The translations under genes and the position numbers were made by a program. Below are positions 36,685 through 50,221 of a DNA stretch of 64,000 bases, in pieces. A model generated the notes under the pieces. The model was given only the letters and a program-made list of their open reading frames with translations. It searched no databases and was not told the origin of the DNA. Where the stretch lies: contig OZ176052.1 in assembly GCA_964247055.1 (NCBI GenBank), forward strand, positions 1,364,001 to 1,428,000, read 5' to 3'. Position 1 is the stretch's first letter. Every line of letters begins with the position of its first letter. The DNA is from Paragordius varius (taxonomy: Eukaryota; Animalia; Nematomorpha).

Positions 36685-39399
36685 CTAAAATCCTTTGCTA
36701 TATAAAAATTGAGTTAGCTCTTGGACCCAAATTCCCTTAATGTCGATTTTTTGGCAATATTCATTGACTTGAGTTCGTACTGTAAATCCTTCAGTCATAT
36801 ATTGGGACAAATATTCTTTTACATCTTTATCGAATGCCTATGAAATATAATTTAATATATAGTTAGTTAAAATAAATAATAATTGTTTTTGTATTTAGAT
36901 AAAATATGGTATTATTGGATATTGTTTACGCTGAAGTTTGATTGTATTATTAAGATTAGTAGTATTTACAATAAATTCATAATTTTAACTGAATTATAAT
37001 TGCAATATAATAATATGGTATTAATTTTATCTAAATTAATATTAAATGATTGATATAACTTTTACACAGTAAATGTTTATATAAAATATTTTTTTTAAAA
37101 AAGCATATAGAAAATCATTTTTAAAGAAAAAATATAGAATATACCCAAATGTCGCCTTGTATATTTCCAACTTGTGTGATATTGCGTGAATTAAACATTT
37201 TTTGTGAAAATCTGATGGGAAGTAAAAGGAATTTGTTTCGAGCGACAAAATAGGGCAAGTTTTTGGGTTGTGATTCTAATATATACCATTTACAGTTCAA
37301 ATTCACCCTTAAACAATTCAAATTCACCCTAAAAATAAATTATGTGTTTTCAAACTAATATAACTCATTATTAATATAAAATATATCTTTATGGCATAAT
37401 TAATTATTTTTTTCAGTATTATTTTAATATAAAACAAAATTTTATTTTTTAAAAATATATTAAAATATAGGTAATTTTTAATCTTAAAAAACATGTTATT
37501 TATTTGAGGGTGAATTTGAATTGTTCGAGGGTGAATTTGAATTGTTCAAGGGTGAATTTGAATTGTTTAAGGGTGAATTTGAATTGTTTAAGGGTGAATT
37601 TGAACTGTAAATGGTATAATTACTTAATTAGTATATAAAATAATTTAATCCTAATATAAAATTTGTCTTGTAATATTTTGTTTAAATGATCTTTACATCT
37701 TATTTAACAACTAAGAAAATCCTAGTCCTGATCAAATAATGTTTCAGATATAACAACTATACTAATACAACATGCTTTTTCTAATACTTATTAATAATAA
37801 ATTTGATTTTTAAGTAATGGTCTTTAAATTAAAATTGGGGATTAGAATTAATCAACCCTTCTTAAAGTCACGTGAAACACTTAATGTTTGTAGGATTTTG
37901 ATTTAACTATTTCTATGTGTTAAATTTTATTTTTTAAAAATAAAATCAAAATGTATATGGGTGTCCCTTCTACCCTTACCTACGCCTGCGAAACGTGGGC
38001 AATCACAAAAACATTGGAATCGAGATTGAAAAGAACGGAAGACGAAATGCTAAAATACATGATGATAAATTCTACCATAAATGAACTATAGAATTAATAA
38101 CAGCTTTTATCAGAACAAATAGACTTCGGTATTTTGGACACATAGACAGATCCAGTATAGACTCACCTGCAAAAGAAATTCTTGATTTACAGTTCCCTGC
38201 CGCTAACCGAAAATGGAGGCCTAAAACTACTTGAACTCAAATCATAGATAAAGATTTTAAATTCCTGAACATACCTCGAAACGCAATAATTGATAGAGAC
38301 ATATATCGTAAATTAAACCATGCTGGGCCAAACCAATAATACAAGAAGGGGAAAATAAAAAACTAATAAGTTATAAAAACATTTATATTGCAAAATGCCT
38401 CAACCTATATTAGAGCGTTTAAGAATATAACAGTTTTTAACTTTAGTTTAAAGGTAAAAATTAAAGTACTTCGCATTAGTTGTAAAATTTTCTAAGTTTG
38501 AATTAGAATTATTAGATTAATACTTAAATCATAAAAGAAGTCGCAAAATAATGGCCATATTATTAAGGGAGGTGGATCATGCATGCCATAGCAGTCACAG
38601 ATATATTGAAATTATCAATTAAAAAAATACCAATTTTTTTTATAGAATTAATATCAAGTTTTATTTAATATTAGAAATAATAAACGAGTTAATATATATA
38701 TATATATATATATATATACAAAAGAATAATTCTAGTCATATTTATGATGCAAAAATTAATATTATACTTTTTGTATCCATTAATTACATTAGATATATCC
38801 TAGTGAAGTGTTAAAGTTGTTATTAGATTAAAAAATTTTAGCTAAAGAATTTATTTTTTTTAAAAAAAAAACTAAAATTATGATCCTAAAAAATAATAAA
38901 TAATCTAAGCCTTCTGGTATGATATTTAATCTTAAAATTTAAGAAATCTTTTGTTTAGTACCTTTATAAATAAATTTATTTACCTATATGTATGTATATT
39001 AGCATAACATAGCATTTAAAAATGATTAAGCCTTAACCAAAAAATATACGCGGAGGAGGAATCCAGCCAGACGGTCGAGGTTCTCTGTCATTTTCTTTAA
39101 AATCCATAGGTGTAGGTAGGCGAGTATTATATACATTTAATATGTTTTCAACAAACATGCAAATAAAATTATTATAATACTTTAAAATCGTTTTTTGATT
39201 CGGTATAATCAGTTAAATTTTCTAATATTTCTATTCTAGGGTTTTTTGGATTATCTTCGTCATAAAATTTGTAAGCAGGAGTATCTGGAGTTGAATATGA
39301 ATGATCATTCCAATTTTTTATCGTGGTATAAATACTTCTTTTTCCTTTGCATAGCAAACGAACTGAAAGCATGGATACCAGACAATATTTGCGAATCAT
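36685..39399 (-). CDS. MRPL49: Mitochondrial ribosomal protein L49 (mL49), 4 exons, about 202 aa
   Basis: Exons 39399-39181 (transit-peptide-like MIRKYCLVSMLSVRLL.. to ESKNDFK), 39155-39050 (FVENIL..PSGWIPPP), 37275-37145 (NLPYFVARN..IQGDIW) and 36837-36685 (AFDKDVKEYL..TQVNE..IKG..LYSKGF*). Recalled human: ESVDEYQFVERLL, PSGWQPP, NLPYFVRRS, VEGDIW, ALQKDVEDFL, TQVNE, LLEKGF. The intron 1 boundary is non-canonical (see findings). Confidence 0.92.
37284..37616. mobile_element. MITE with TACCATTTACAGTTCAAATTCACCC TIRs, TA flanks and five 21-bp subterminal repeats
   Basis: ta|taccatttacagttcaaattcaccc and gggtgaatttgaactgtaaatggta|ta; units (g/a)agggtgaatttgaattgtt(c/t) at 37507, 37528, 37549, 37570 and 37591. 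Confidence 0.92.
37960..38350 (+). mobile_element. 3' fragment of an RTE-like LINE in MRPL49 intron 2
   Basis: LTYACETWAITK..RLKRTEDEML and IRTNRLRYFGHIDR..RKWRPKTT, typical of RTE/CR1-group C-termini. Confidence 0.75.
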
Positions 39400-40099
39400 A
39401 TGTAATAATTTACATTTTTATTAAATTTATCAACTTCATTACTTTAGTTTTTATATAGATGTTTCGGTCCCAAATTAAACGTTTATATGTAATTATTTAT
39501 GCCTTTATTATATGATAATTTTATCATACAAATCTAATAATTCTGAAATATTATTTATTCTCCAAGCTGCAAAAGGCAAGTTAATGCATAAGCTATTAGT
39601 AGCGTTATTTTATGATTTATGTACTGTATGATAGTGCCGAAATTATTAACGTGTTTTTTAATAATTCTTAGTATTTTTAATTGGATGGTACACTATGTCT
39701 TAGCGATGAGCGTTTTTCCTACAACATTATATGAATTCCATTTCCATTTATATCTGGGGCAGAAGAGGTAATAGTTTAACCCATAAATAGATGGAATATA
39801 TCAGGATTAAAAATTAATTAAGAATCCGGGAGATCCTATCAACGGAACTGGGCCATTTTGTTTTTAAGTTCCTGTCCCAAAAATACTCATATTTTATCTT
39901 TTTGGTACAAATGAGCTTCCGCTAATTGGTTGATTTTTTTAAAGTTTTGTTTATGTTGCAACTCTGTTCGATCCATTATTAAAACCTCATTAAGATATGT
40001 ATATAACTGAGCAATTGATCCATGATTGCGAATATTAAATGTACATGATAACCCGGAAGGTAGTTTTGCTAGAAATACCCCAGTGGTCTTATTGTATAA

Positions 40100-40690
40100 T
40101 CTTTTGTTGTTGATAGTCGACTATCGACCATTGCCATTTTATAGGAATTCCTTCGCTTGGTTCTGTCGTGAACTTTTTGAGATAGTTTTTCCAGTGACAT
40201 TTTGAAAAAAAAATTTCGTCTATGTATATGTCTTCTTCCTCTCATGCCATTTACTTTTCCTAACATTACATCCTTTTCCAAAAAATGTACTCCATTTATG
40301 TGTCCAAAATAACCGATTTTTTTGTTTTACCTCGAAACCTCGTTTGTGCGTTGATTTTGTTTACAATATCGATGTTCTCCACATTGTCCTTCCTTGTTTC
40401 AAGTATTTTCATCCAGCAGAACATTTCAAAAAGTTTATTCTTTTCTTATCATCACTTTTAATGGTCCAGCTTTGCCAGCCGTATAACATGATGGAAAATA
40501 TTAAAGTGTTTATTAGTCGAATTTTTGTTTTTAGATGTATATCATTAGATTTCAATATTTAATGTGAGGCCAAATCGCATTTGGCGATATTATGCGTTAT
40601 TTTATGTCATTTGAATTGGATATTGATTTGATAAATGCTTCCAAGAGAGTTTTCGTTCTTGAATTGTTTCGTTATCTATCCGAAGCAAGT
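40100..40690 (-). mobile_element. 3' fragment of an RTE-like LINE
   Basis: LKTKIRLINTLIFSIMLYGWQSWTIK (~40550-40450) and MEKDVMLGKVNGMRGRR (ORF 40069-40281), parallel to the 32.8-33.4 kb element. Confidence 0.75.
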
Positions 40691-43089
40691 CATAGGAATA
40701 AGAGGTGTTGATGTGTAATATTTTAGTTTTGTTGATTGCGTACCGGAATTTCTTTTTTTTAACACTTTGACCTTTTGGGTAGTATTATATTATAGATAGA
40801 TTTGAATATCTTAAATACTATTTAAGGTATTAGAATTTGGAATATGCTTTCTAAGCCTTTTCATATAATGCAAAATTAAAAAAAATCTAAAATTGTAAAA
40901 AAATCTTCATCCGAGACCTTTTCGCCGCCATTTTCTTTAAGTTTTACCAATATTAGACTCTAAAAGCTACAAAACTGTCAATAAGCTTTTTTTCTAATTC
41001 AGGAGAACAATGTCAGAGAATATAATTTTAACTAATATAACTTTCAAAACTATAAATTATTTACAAAATTGAGTGAGATATAAATACCAATATGTCATCG
41101 CGGACTAGTAAAAGGCTTTGAAGTTTATATAAAATAAATAAACGATTTTAGTGTCAATCTTCATTATATTTACAAAATTTCCCATCAATTATTTATAGAT
41201 TGATAAAATCCCAAAGCTTTTTATAAAATTCAAAAGTTCGAAAATTTTATTAGGTTAATAATTTTTAGCTAAACATTAATAAGTGCTTTAGAATAAAGGT
41301 TACATTCTACCAGTTCCAAAAAAGTTAATAGCAATTTTAGAATTGGATAACCAAAACATTCTAATTTTGTGTCGCACGCGAATTCCTAGCTCATAGAGAG
41401 AATCGTTATCTGGGTATTAATATATTAGCTTATTTGGAAATCGAAACCGCGAATTCTTCTATTAAAGGCTATTTTATAAAAACAATCTACCATTACACTC
41501 AGAGATAGATGAGAAAAACAAAGAACATGTAATACCAGAAAAGGTTTAAATTTAAAATTTTTTGGTTCTTTGGGTATTACTTTTATGTTTGGGAGCTGTA
41601 AGAAGCAGTTTTTAATATTGGTTCAAACTGGTAAAGGCAATACATATCATTTATTAACATGTTATAATCTTTTTAAAACTTGTATCTGTGAACGGTAGTA
41701 ATCTATTGCTACATTTATAATTATAAAATTATGTTTATCTGTCAAATGATTTATTAATACATATATATATAATTTCAAAGATCAACAATGATATCAAATC
41801 TTATTAATTCCAATCTTACATATAATCTAAAATAACGCTTAAGCACGTAATTATTTTTTATTATTATATGAAATCTATCAAATATTGGTTTTAAAATTCA
41901 GAATATACTCGATTAAATCGAGTATAAGTTGATTTTCGCTTTCAAATTTACTTAAAATCAATGTTGACTATTACAAAAAACCGTAACACTAAATACTGGA
42001 TCCTTGAAAAATAGTTAAAATGTAAGAATTCATCTATATATAAGTATGCATTGACTAATAGTACATTTATAACAATCACTTTAATTTGTATTTAGAATAA
42101 GATAACTATTAACAATCATTTTTACGTTTTATAAATCACATTAATTTACTTAAATCTGTATATGAATATTATTAATTCGTGAACCTCCATTGAAAAAGGA
42201 TGGAATGCCATATATTTAAGGTAAATATTTAGCGTATTAACGAATACAACCATTTTAGAATTCTAATGTTAAATTATATAGATTAATATATGTACACCAT
42301 CTGTATAGTATCTTAGGGTATTTTTAGAGTTTTGTATTAATGTGGTTAATATCAAGATTGTAATTTGCACTTTCGGACATTCGATAATTTTAAATTAAAT
42401 AAGGTTATCTTTTGTATTTAAATTTAAATAATATGACATTAAAATGGTAAAAAAAGTAAATCCAGTAAATGGAATCGGGGTTAAAATATTACTTTGGTAA
42501 AAAGTAATTTATAAAGAGTTTTAAATGGAAAACTATGTTTTTACACAGTTTTTCAATATGACCTTTTAGTACTGTATGTGCTAGTTTCTGATAATAAGGA
42601 TTGTTATTCTACCATATACTTAAATAAATCAAAGAAACATTTGTAATGAAAGGCCGAATATGGAAAAACGTTTATTTTATAAGGAATAATTATGAGTGGT
42701 GTACCCAATATTAAAATGGGATTAGAATGCGTATTGGTAGCAAAACAAAATTTTGCCCTTAAATCACATTATTTATTTATATTAATTATTTTTAACAACT
42801 TTAGTTTAATCTAATCTATACAATTTGTACTTCAAGAGTCTCCATGAACATTTAAAGTTGGTCCTTGTACACTTTAAGTAGGTCCTTCAATATTTTAGTA
42901 TTGATATATATTAAAAAGTAAAATATATAGATTTTTAAATTAACGGTACGTTAACTTTATGATGGTTAACACATTGATAGGAGAGGGGTTAAAAATGAAT
43001 AGAAGAAAACATGTTAAGGATGATTGTATATCGATATTGAAAAATTAAATGTATATTATAAAAAGATTTTTACATTAAAAAAATAATTT

Positions 43090-46000
43090 TAGGTGTTACT
43101 AGTCGATTGGATTATTTTTCGATATTCCTAATTAATATATTATAGTATTTAAAATTTTTGACAAGTAAGTTATTATAAATGTTAAATCGTGAATGAAGGG
43201 ATAATTGTTAGTTAGTTTTAATGAAAAGTATTTATAATAATTTATAGATTCTTGGGCAAGTAGGTTAATATTTTGGGTTTTTGGTGGATGATTAGATCAT
43301 GGTTCAAAACTGCTAATTAAAAGTATAATAAAATATTGTAGATTCTTGGGCACGCAACCCATTAGGTGTTACCTTGTGGATGATTGGATTATTATTCCAT
43401 ATTCTTTTATTAAAAGTAAATAATAATATAATTTTTAGATTGGACAAGTATGTTAATATATGTCTTAACTGGTTGTTGATTGGATTGTTCGTTCCTAAAT
43501 AAAGTTATATTATAGTATTATTTTTGAAATTTTGAACTAAGTTATTATAGGTGTTGACTGGTTGATGATTGAAATATTGTTCAATATTCTTAAATAAAGT
43601 ATAATATAATATATTATTTGAAAGTTTAGAAATGTTAGATGTCTTTGGTGTTGACTGGTTGATAATTGGAATAATGTTCGATATTCCTAATTAAAACAAT
43701 TATATAATAATTTTTGAAATTTACGTTAGTTATTATAGTGACTGGTAGAGATTGGAATATCGATATTCCTAACAAAAAGCATATTATAATATAATTTTTG
43801 AAATTTTTGACAATTATAAATATTAAAGGTGTTGACTGATCGGTTGGAATATTGTTCGATACTAAAAAAAGCATATAATATAATAATTTTTGAAATTTTT
43901 GACAAGTAAGTCTATAATAGGTGTTGACTGGTTAATGGAATATTGTTTGATATTCTTAATTAAGAGTATTATATAATAAACATTTAAAGTTTTACACAAA
44001 TTGGAATATATTGATCGATCCTAATTTTTAATTTTATGATTCCTCAACAAACATAAAATTATAGGTGTTGACTGGACGGTTGGAATTATATTCGATATTC
44101 CTAATTAATATATTAAAATATAAATTTTTTTAGACAAATTGGTTAAAATTTTAGGTGTTGACTGATATTATAGAATTTTTGAGATTTTTGACAAGTAAAT
44201 TTTAGGACGTAAATGGTGGATTATTGGATTATTGCTCGATATTCTAGATTAAGGTATATGATAATATAATTTGTAGATTCTTAGACAAGCAACTTAATAA
44301 TTTAGGTGTTAACTGGTGGATGATCGGATTAATGCTCCATATTCACTAATTAAAAGTAAATAATAATATAATTTTTAGATTGGACAAATATGTTAATATA
44401 TGTCTTAACTGGTTGTTGATTGGATTGTTGATTCCTAAATAAAGTTATATTATAGTATTAATTTTGAAATTTTGAACTAAATTATTACAGGTGTTGACTG
44501 GTTGATGATTGAAATATTGTTCGATATTCTTAAATAAAGTATAATAAAAAATATTATTTAAAAGTTTAGAAATTTGGTGTTGACTGGTTGATAATTAGAA
44601 TAATGTTCGATATTCCTAATTAAAAATATTATATAATATAATTTTTGAAATTTTACCTAAGTTTATATAGGTGTTGACTGGTTGAGATTGGATATCGAAA
44701 TTATCAAGAAAAAGAATATTATAATTTTTAAATTTTTTGACAATTAGTAATATTAAAGGTGTTGACTGGTCAGTTGGAATATTGTTCGATCCTAATAAAA
44801 AGCATATAATAATATAATTTTGAAGTTTAAGAAAAGTGATTGGAATATATTGATCGATCTTGATTATTAATTTTATGACTCCGCAGCAAACGTAAAATTT
44901 TAGGTGTTGACTGATATTATAGTATATTTTTTGAGATTTTGACAAGTAAGTTATTTTAGGACGTAAATGGTGGATTATTGCTCGATATTCTAGATTAAAG
45001 GTATATGATAATCTAATTTGTGGATTCTTAGACAAGTAACTTAATAATTCAGGTGTTAATTGGTGGATGATTGGATTAATATTCCATATTCCCTAATTAA
45101 AAGTAAATAATAATATAATTTTTAGATTGGACAAGTATGTTAATATATGTCTTAACTGGTTGTTGATTCCTAAATAAAGTTATATTATAGTATTATTTTT
45201 GAAAATAAAAACTAAATTATTATAGGTGTTGACTGGTTGATGATTATATTGTTCGATATTCTTAAATAAAGTATAATATATTATATGAAAGTTTAGAAAT
45301 GTTAGAGGTCTTTGGTGTTGACTGGTTAATAATTGATGTTCGATATTCCTAATTAAAAGTATATTATATAATATATTTTTTGAAATTTTACCTAAGTTAT
45401 TATAGGTGTTGACTGGTTGAGATTGGAATATCGAAATTCCTAACAAAAATCATATTACGATTTTTGAAATTTTTGACATTTTTTAATATTAACGGTGTTG
45501 ACTGGTCAGTTAAAATATTGTTCGATTCTAATAAAATGCGTATAATAATATAATTTTGAAGTTTTAGAAAAGTTATTGGAATTTATTGATCGATCTTAAT
45601 TATTAATTTTATGATTCCTCAACAAACATTTATAGGTGTTGACTGGACTGTTTGAATATTATTCGATATTCCTAATTAAGAGCTAATAATATAAGTTTTT
45701 AGATAAATAATTTAAGATTTTAGATGTTGAGTGATATCATAGTATAATTTTTGAGATTTTTGACAAGTAAGGTATTTTAGGACGAAAATGGTGGATTGAT
45801 GGATTATTGTTCGATATTCTAGATTAAAGGTATATGATAATCTAATTTGTAGATTCTTAGACAAGTAACTTAATAATTCACGTGTTAACTGGTGGATGAT
45901 TGGATTAATATTCCATATTCCCTAATTAAAAGTAAATAATAATATAATTTTTAGATTGGACAAGTATGTTAATATATGTCTTAACTGGTTGTTGATTGGA

Positions 46001-48110
46001 TTGTTGATTCCTAAATAAAGTTATATTATAGTATTATTTTTGAAAATTTGAACTAAATTATTATAGGTGTTGACTGGTTGATGATTATATTGTTCGATAT
46101 TCTTAAATAAAGTACAATATAATTTGAAAGTTTAGAAATGTTAGAGGTCTTTGGTGTTGACTGGTTGATAATTGGAATAATGTTCGATATTCCTAATTAA
46201 AAGTATTATATAATATATTTTTTGAAATTTTACCTAAGTTATATAGGTGTTGACTGGTTGAGATTGGAATATCGAAATTCCTAACAAAAAGCATATTATG
46301 ATTTTTGAAATTTTTGACATATATTAATATTAAAGGTGTTGACTGGTCAGTTAGAATATTGTTCGATTCTAATAAAATGCGTAAAATAATATAATTTTGA
46401 AGTTTTAGAAAAGTGATTGGAATATATTGATCGATCTTAATTATTAATTTTATGATTCCACAACAAACATAAAATTATAGGTGTTGACTGGACTGTTGAA
46501 ATATTATTCGATATTCCTAATTAAGATATTATAATATAAATTTTTTAGACAAATAGGTTTAAATTTTAGGTGTTGACTGATATCATAGTATAATTTTTGA
46601 GATTTTTGACAAGTAAGTTATTTTAGGACGTAAATGGTGGATTATTGCTCGATATTCTAGATTAAAGGTATATGATAATCTAATTTGTAGATTCTTAGAC
46701 AAGTAACTTAATAATTCACGTGTTAACTGGTGGATGATTGGATTAATGTTCCATATTCCCTAATTAAAAGTAAATAATAATATAACTTTTAGATTGAACA
46801 AGTATGTTAATATATGTCTTAACTGGTTGTTGATTGGATTGTTGATTCCTAAATAAAGTTATATTATAGTATTATTTTTGAAAATTTGAACTAAGTTATA
46901 ATAAGTGTTGACTGGTTGATGATTATATTGTTCGATATTCTTAAATAAAGTATAATATATTATATTATTTGAAAGTTTAGAAATGTTAGAGGTCGTTGGT
47001 GTTGACTGGTTGATAATTGGAATAATGTTCAATATTCCTAATTAAAAGTATTATATAATATATTTTTTGAAATTTTACCTAAGTTATTATAGGTGTTGAC
47101 TGGTTGAGATTGGAATATCGAAATTCCTAACAAAAAGCATATTATGATTTTTTAAATTTTTGACAATTACAAATATTAAGGTGTTGACTGGTCGGTTGGA
47201 ATATTGTTCGATACTAAAAAAAAGCATATAATTATATAATTTTAAAGTTTTAGAAAAGTGATTGGAATATATTGATCGATCTTAATTATTAATTTTATGA
47301 TTCGTCAACAAACATAAAATTATAGGTGTTGACTGGAAGGTTGGAATATCATTCGATATTCCTAATTAAGATATTAAAATATAAATTTTTTAGACAAACA
47401 GGTTTACATTTTAGGTTTTGACTGATATCATAGTATAATTTTCGAGATTTTTGACAATTAAGTTATTTTAGCACGTAAATGGTGGATTGTTGGATTATTG
47501 CTCGATATTCTAGATTAAAGGTATATGATAACTAATTTGCAGATTCTTGGAGCAACTTAAAATTTTAGGTGTTTACTGGTGGATGATTGGATTATTGTTC
47601 GATATTCCTAATTAAAGGTACAATATAATATTTTTTTTAGATTCTTGGAAAAGCAACTTAATACTTTAGGTGTTTTGTGGATGATTGGATTATGGTTCAG
47701 AATTCCTAATTAGAGGTATATTATAATATAATTTGGACAAGTAAGTTAATATTTTATGTCTGAACTGGTTTGATTGAATTATTGTTCCATATAAAGTTAT
47801 ATATAATAATTTTTTAAATTTACAACTAAGTTATTAAAGGTGTTTACTGGTTGATTGGAATATTGTTCAATATATCATAAATAATGTATATAATATATTT
47901 TTTATAACTTTAAATAAGTAAGTTAAGATTATATTTGTTGACTGATTGGAATAATGTTCGATATATCTAAAAATATAATACTTTTTAAAAATTTTTACAA
48001 GTAAATTAGTTAAATGGTGGATAATTGGATGATTTTCGTTATCCTTAATTAAAAGTATATTATAACCTAATTTAGGATTCTTGGACGAATATGTCAATAT
48101 ATGTGACTGT
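43090..48110 (+). repeat. Diverged satellite array organised as a higher-order repeat (about 9-10 monomers of 85-100 bp, unit 0.75-0.94 kb, about 5.5 copies)
   Basis: Landmark t(g/a)gacaa..ttaat..atgtct recurs at 43441, 44381, 45128, 45957, 46795 and 47734; monomer core ggtgttgactgg..attgg..tgttcgatattcctaattaa. Confidence 0.9.
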
Positions 48111-48347
48111 AAAAAATTAAAATTATGAGGACCTAACGTAAGAGTAAACGACTTTTATTTTTTTAACAGTATATTAATAGCCGTATCTTTTAACCGTGTA
48201 ATTGTTAATAGCGATGTAAATTGGTCAAACATTCAATAAAATATCCACTGTTGTTATCAATTAGGGTGGTCAAAAATAATAAATCTCTATATAAAGTGAA
48301 TATTAGGCTCTTACCCAATTTTCTTTTTAAATGATGTTACCTGTTAG

Positions 48348-49433
48348 ATCATTAAACACGATACAAAAGAAATTGGACACTCTAACAACAGAATATGAAT
48401 CCCTGAATGACATGTAAAACATTTCGACGCCTTTAAAAAGCAATTAGAAATGTCCGTTAACAATTTAATGCACTAATATTTTTTTGGCTAAAAAATATAC
48501 GAGTAGGCTTCAATTAATTTTTGATTACTTAAGGTTTATTCAGGCATGATGATAAGCATTATCAGGAAACTTTTATAATGAGAGAATCATTATTGGTTAT
48601 ATGGTACTTTATTTGGTTGATGAAAAAATATAATTTAACTTCTTTTTAATTGCCTAAATACCTTAGGTACAAAATGGAATATATATTTACAATTTTTAGG
48701 CAATAATAAAACCTATATAGCCAATACTATGGCTGTTTACAGTATTTAGTATAATTGTGTCTTTTTATATTTACTAAATAATATTTTTTAGTTCGAGTGA
48801 AAACTTAGCAAACAGCGAAATCAACAAATTAACTTTGACATATTGAAAGTTTGCGTAAAGAAATCCAAGCCCTGGAATAAACTAAAAAACATTAGCAAAC
48901 TCAAGTTAACACATATGATAATTATAATTGTTTCATTCAATAATGGAGTTAAATTTAGCTTTCTTTGTTAATTAAAACCCTATTTTTTCCTCATTTTAAT
49001 ATGAAACAACCAAATGTGTACGAATTTAAATTTATTTTATTGGAGTTGCGTTAATCAGAATATCGTCATAAAAACCTACAATATATTAAACATAATATGA
49101 AAACCATGTCATATTTTACCATAAATATATTACGAACGAATATGTATTTTCAGTGGTTAAAAAATTTTAAAATATAAGAAGTTAATATGTTTATTGGCAT
49201 GCTGTAACATTAATCTATGACTATGTAAACTCTACTCTATTATCATAATGATTAGAAATTGTTTTTTCAATTTTGTTATTCATCTAAGAATGAACTTAAC
49301 ATATTAGGCAAACGTCATGAATTCTAAATACAGCAAAATGAGTAAGTCTATAAACTCCGCAATGACCTTCTCATATACTGAAATAACGGCCAAAATCAAC
49401 ATGTTAACTACGGAAATTAAACCGAAACGATAG
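48348..49433 (+). pseudogene. CIP2A 3' pseudogene (remnants of exons 17-20)
   Basis: acagaatatgaatccctgaatga (~48390); exons 18 and 19 fused by deletion (~48795-48905); last exon ..aaactccgcaatgaccttctcatata..ccgaaacgatag with indels and stops. Confidence 0.9.
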
Positions 49434-49574
49434 GAAATAGATTATTGAACCTATACTGTATTATATATGGTGCGATATATCTTAAATTATTAATATTTAT
49501 GTATTATTACAATATTTGGATAGTATTTAAATGATGAAATAAATATATTATGAAAAATGTACATATATATAAAA

Positions 49575-50010
49575 CTTGAAATTGTTATATAAAAATTGAG
49601 TTAGCTCTTGAATCCAAATTCTCATATCGATTTTTAGGCAATAATATTTTACTTGAGTTCACACTGTAAATCTGGCCCACTGAATTGCGACAAATATTCT
49701 CTCACTTTATCTAAATCCTATGAATTATTAATTATATGGTTAAAATTGATAATAAAAGTTTTGACCTAATATAAAGATTGTATTAGGTTAAGATAATTGA
49801 TATATTACACACTATAATGTTTAATTAAAGGTGATCAAAAAAACTTTTGGTAAAAAATCATCTCCTGAAAAAAAATAGGAAGATTACAAAATTAAAAATA
49901 CCCAAATACCGCCTTGTATATTTCCGATTTGTGTGATATTGATTGTCTTTTGTGAGAATCAAATGAACAGTAAAAGGAATTTGTTTCGAGCTACAAAATA
50001 GGGCAAATTT
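49575..50010 (-). pseudogene. MRPL49 pseudogene fragment A (exons 3-4)
   Basis: aaaaattgagttagctcttg and ccttgtatatttcc..aaaggaatttgtttcgagc..aaaatagggcaa match exons 4 and 3, with deletions. Confidence 0.88.
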
Positions 50011-50221
50011 TAGGGTGGTAAAATTAATTATAAATTGGTAATGTAATAATTTTGTTGATATAATTATATAATGTTTTAACATCTAAAATCATTTTATAAT
50101 GTTTCAGATATCAATTATGAACCTTTTTCTAATACAAATCTAGTCGTGTGTTACATATTTTATACTAAACAATATATAAAAAATTATCAAAAATGTAATA
50201 CATATATATAAAAAATAGAAT

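Larger units (their letters stand above)
35150..48110 (+). repeat. Copy 1 of a ~13-kb tandem segmental duplication (copy 2 runs from 48110 to the window end)
   Basis: Collinear matches: 35465-36499 vs 48348-49433; 36685-37275 vs 49575-50010 and 50222-50615; 39050-39399 vs 52850-53172; 41300-42700 vs 54550-56150; satellite at the end of each. Confidence 0.9.

Noticed and set aside
37507-37611. Resemblance of the MITE subterminal unit gggtgaatttgaattgtt to the satellite core gggtgattggattaatgtt
   Set aside because: The match is short and gapped in AT-rich DNA; not enough to claim a MITE origin for the satellite without a statistical alignment.
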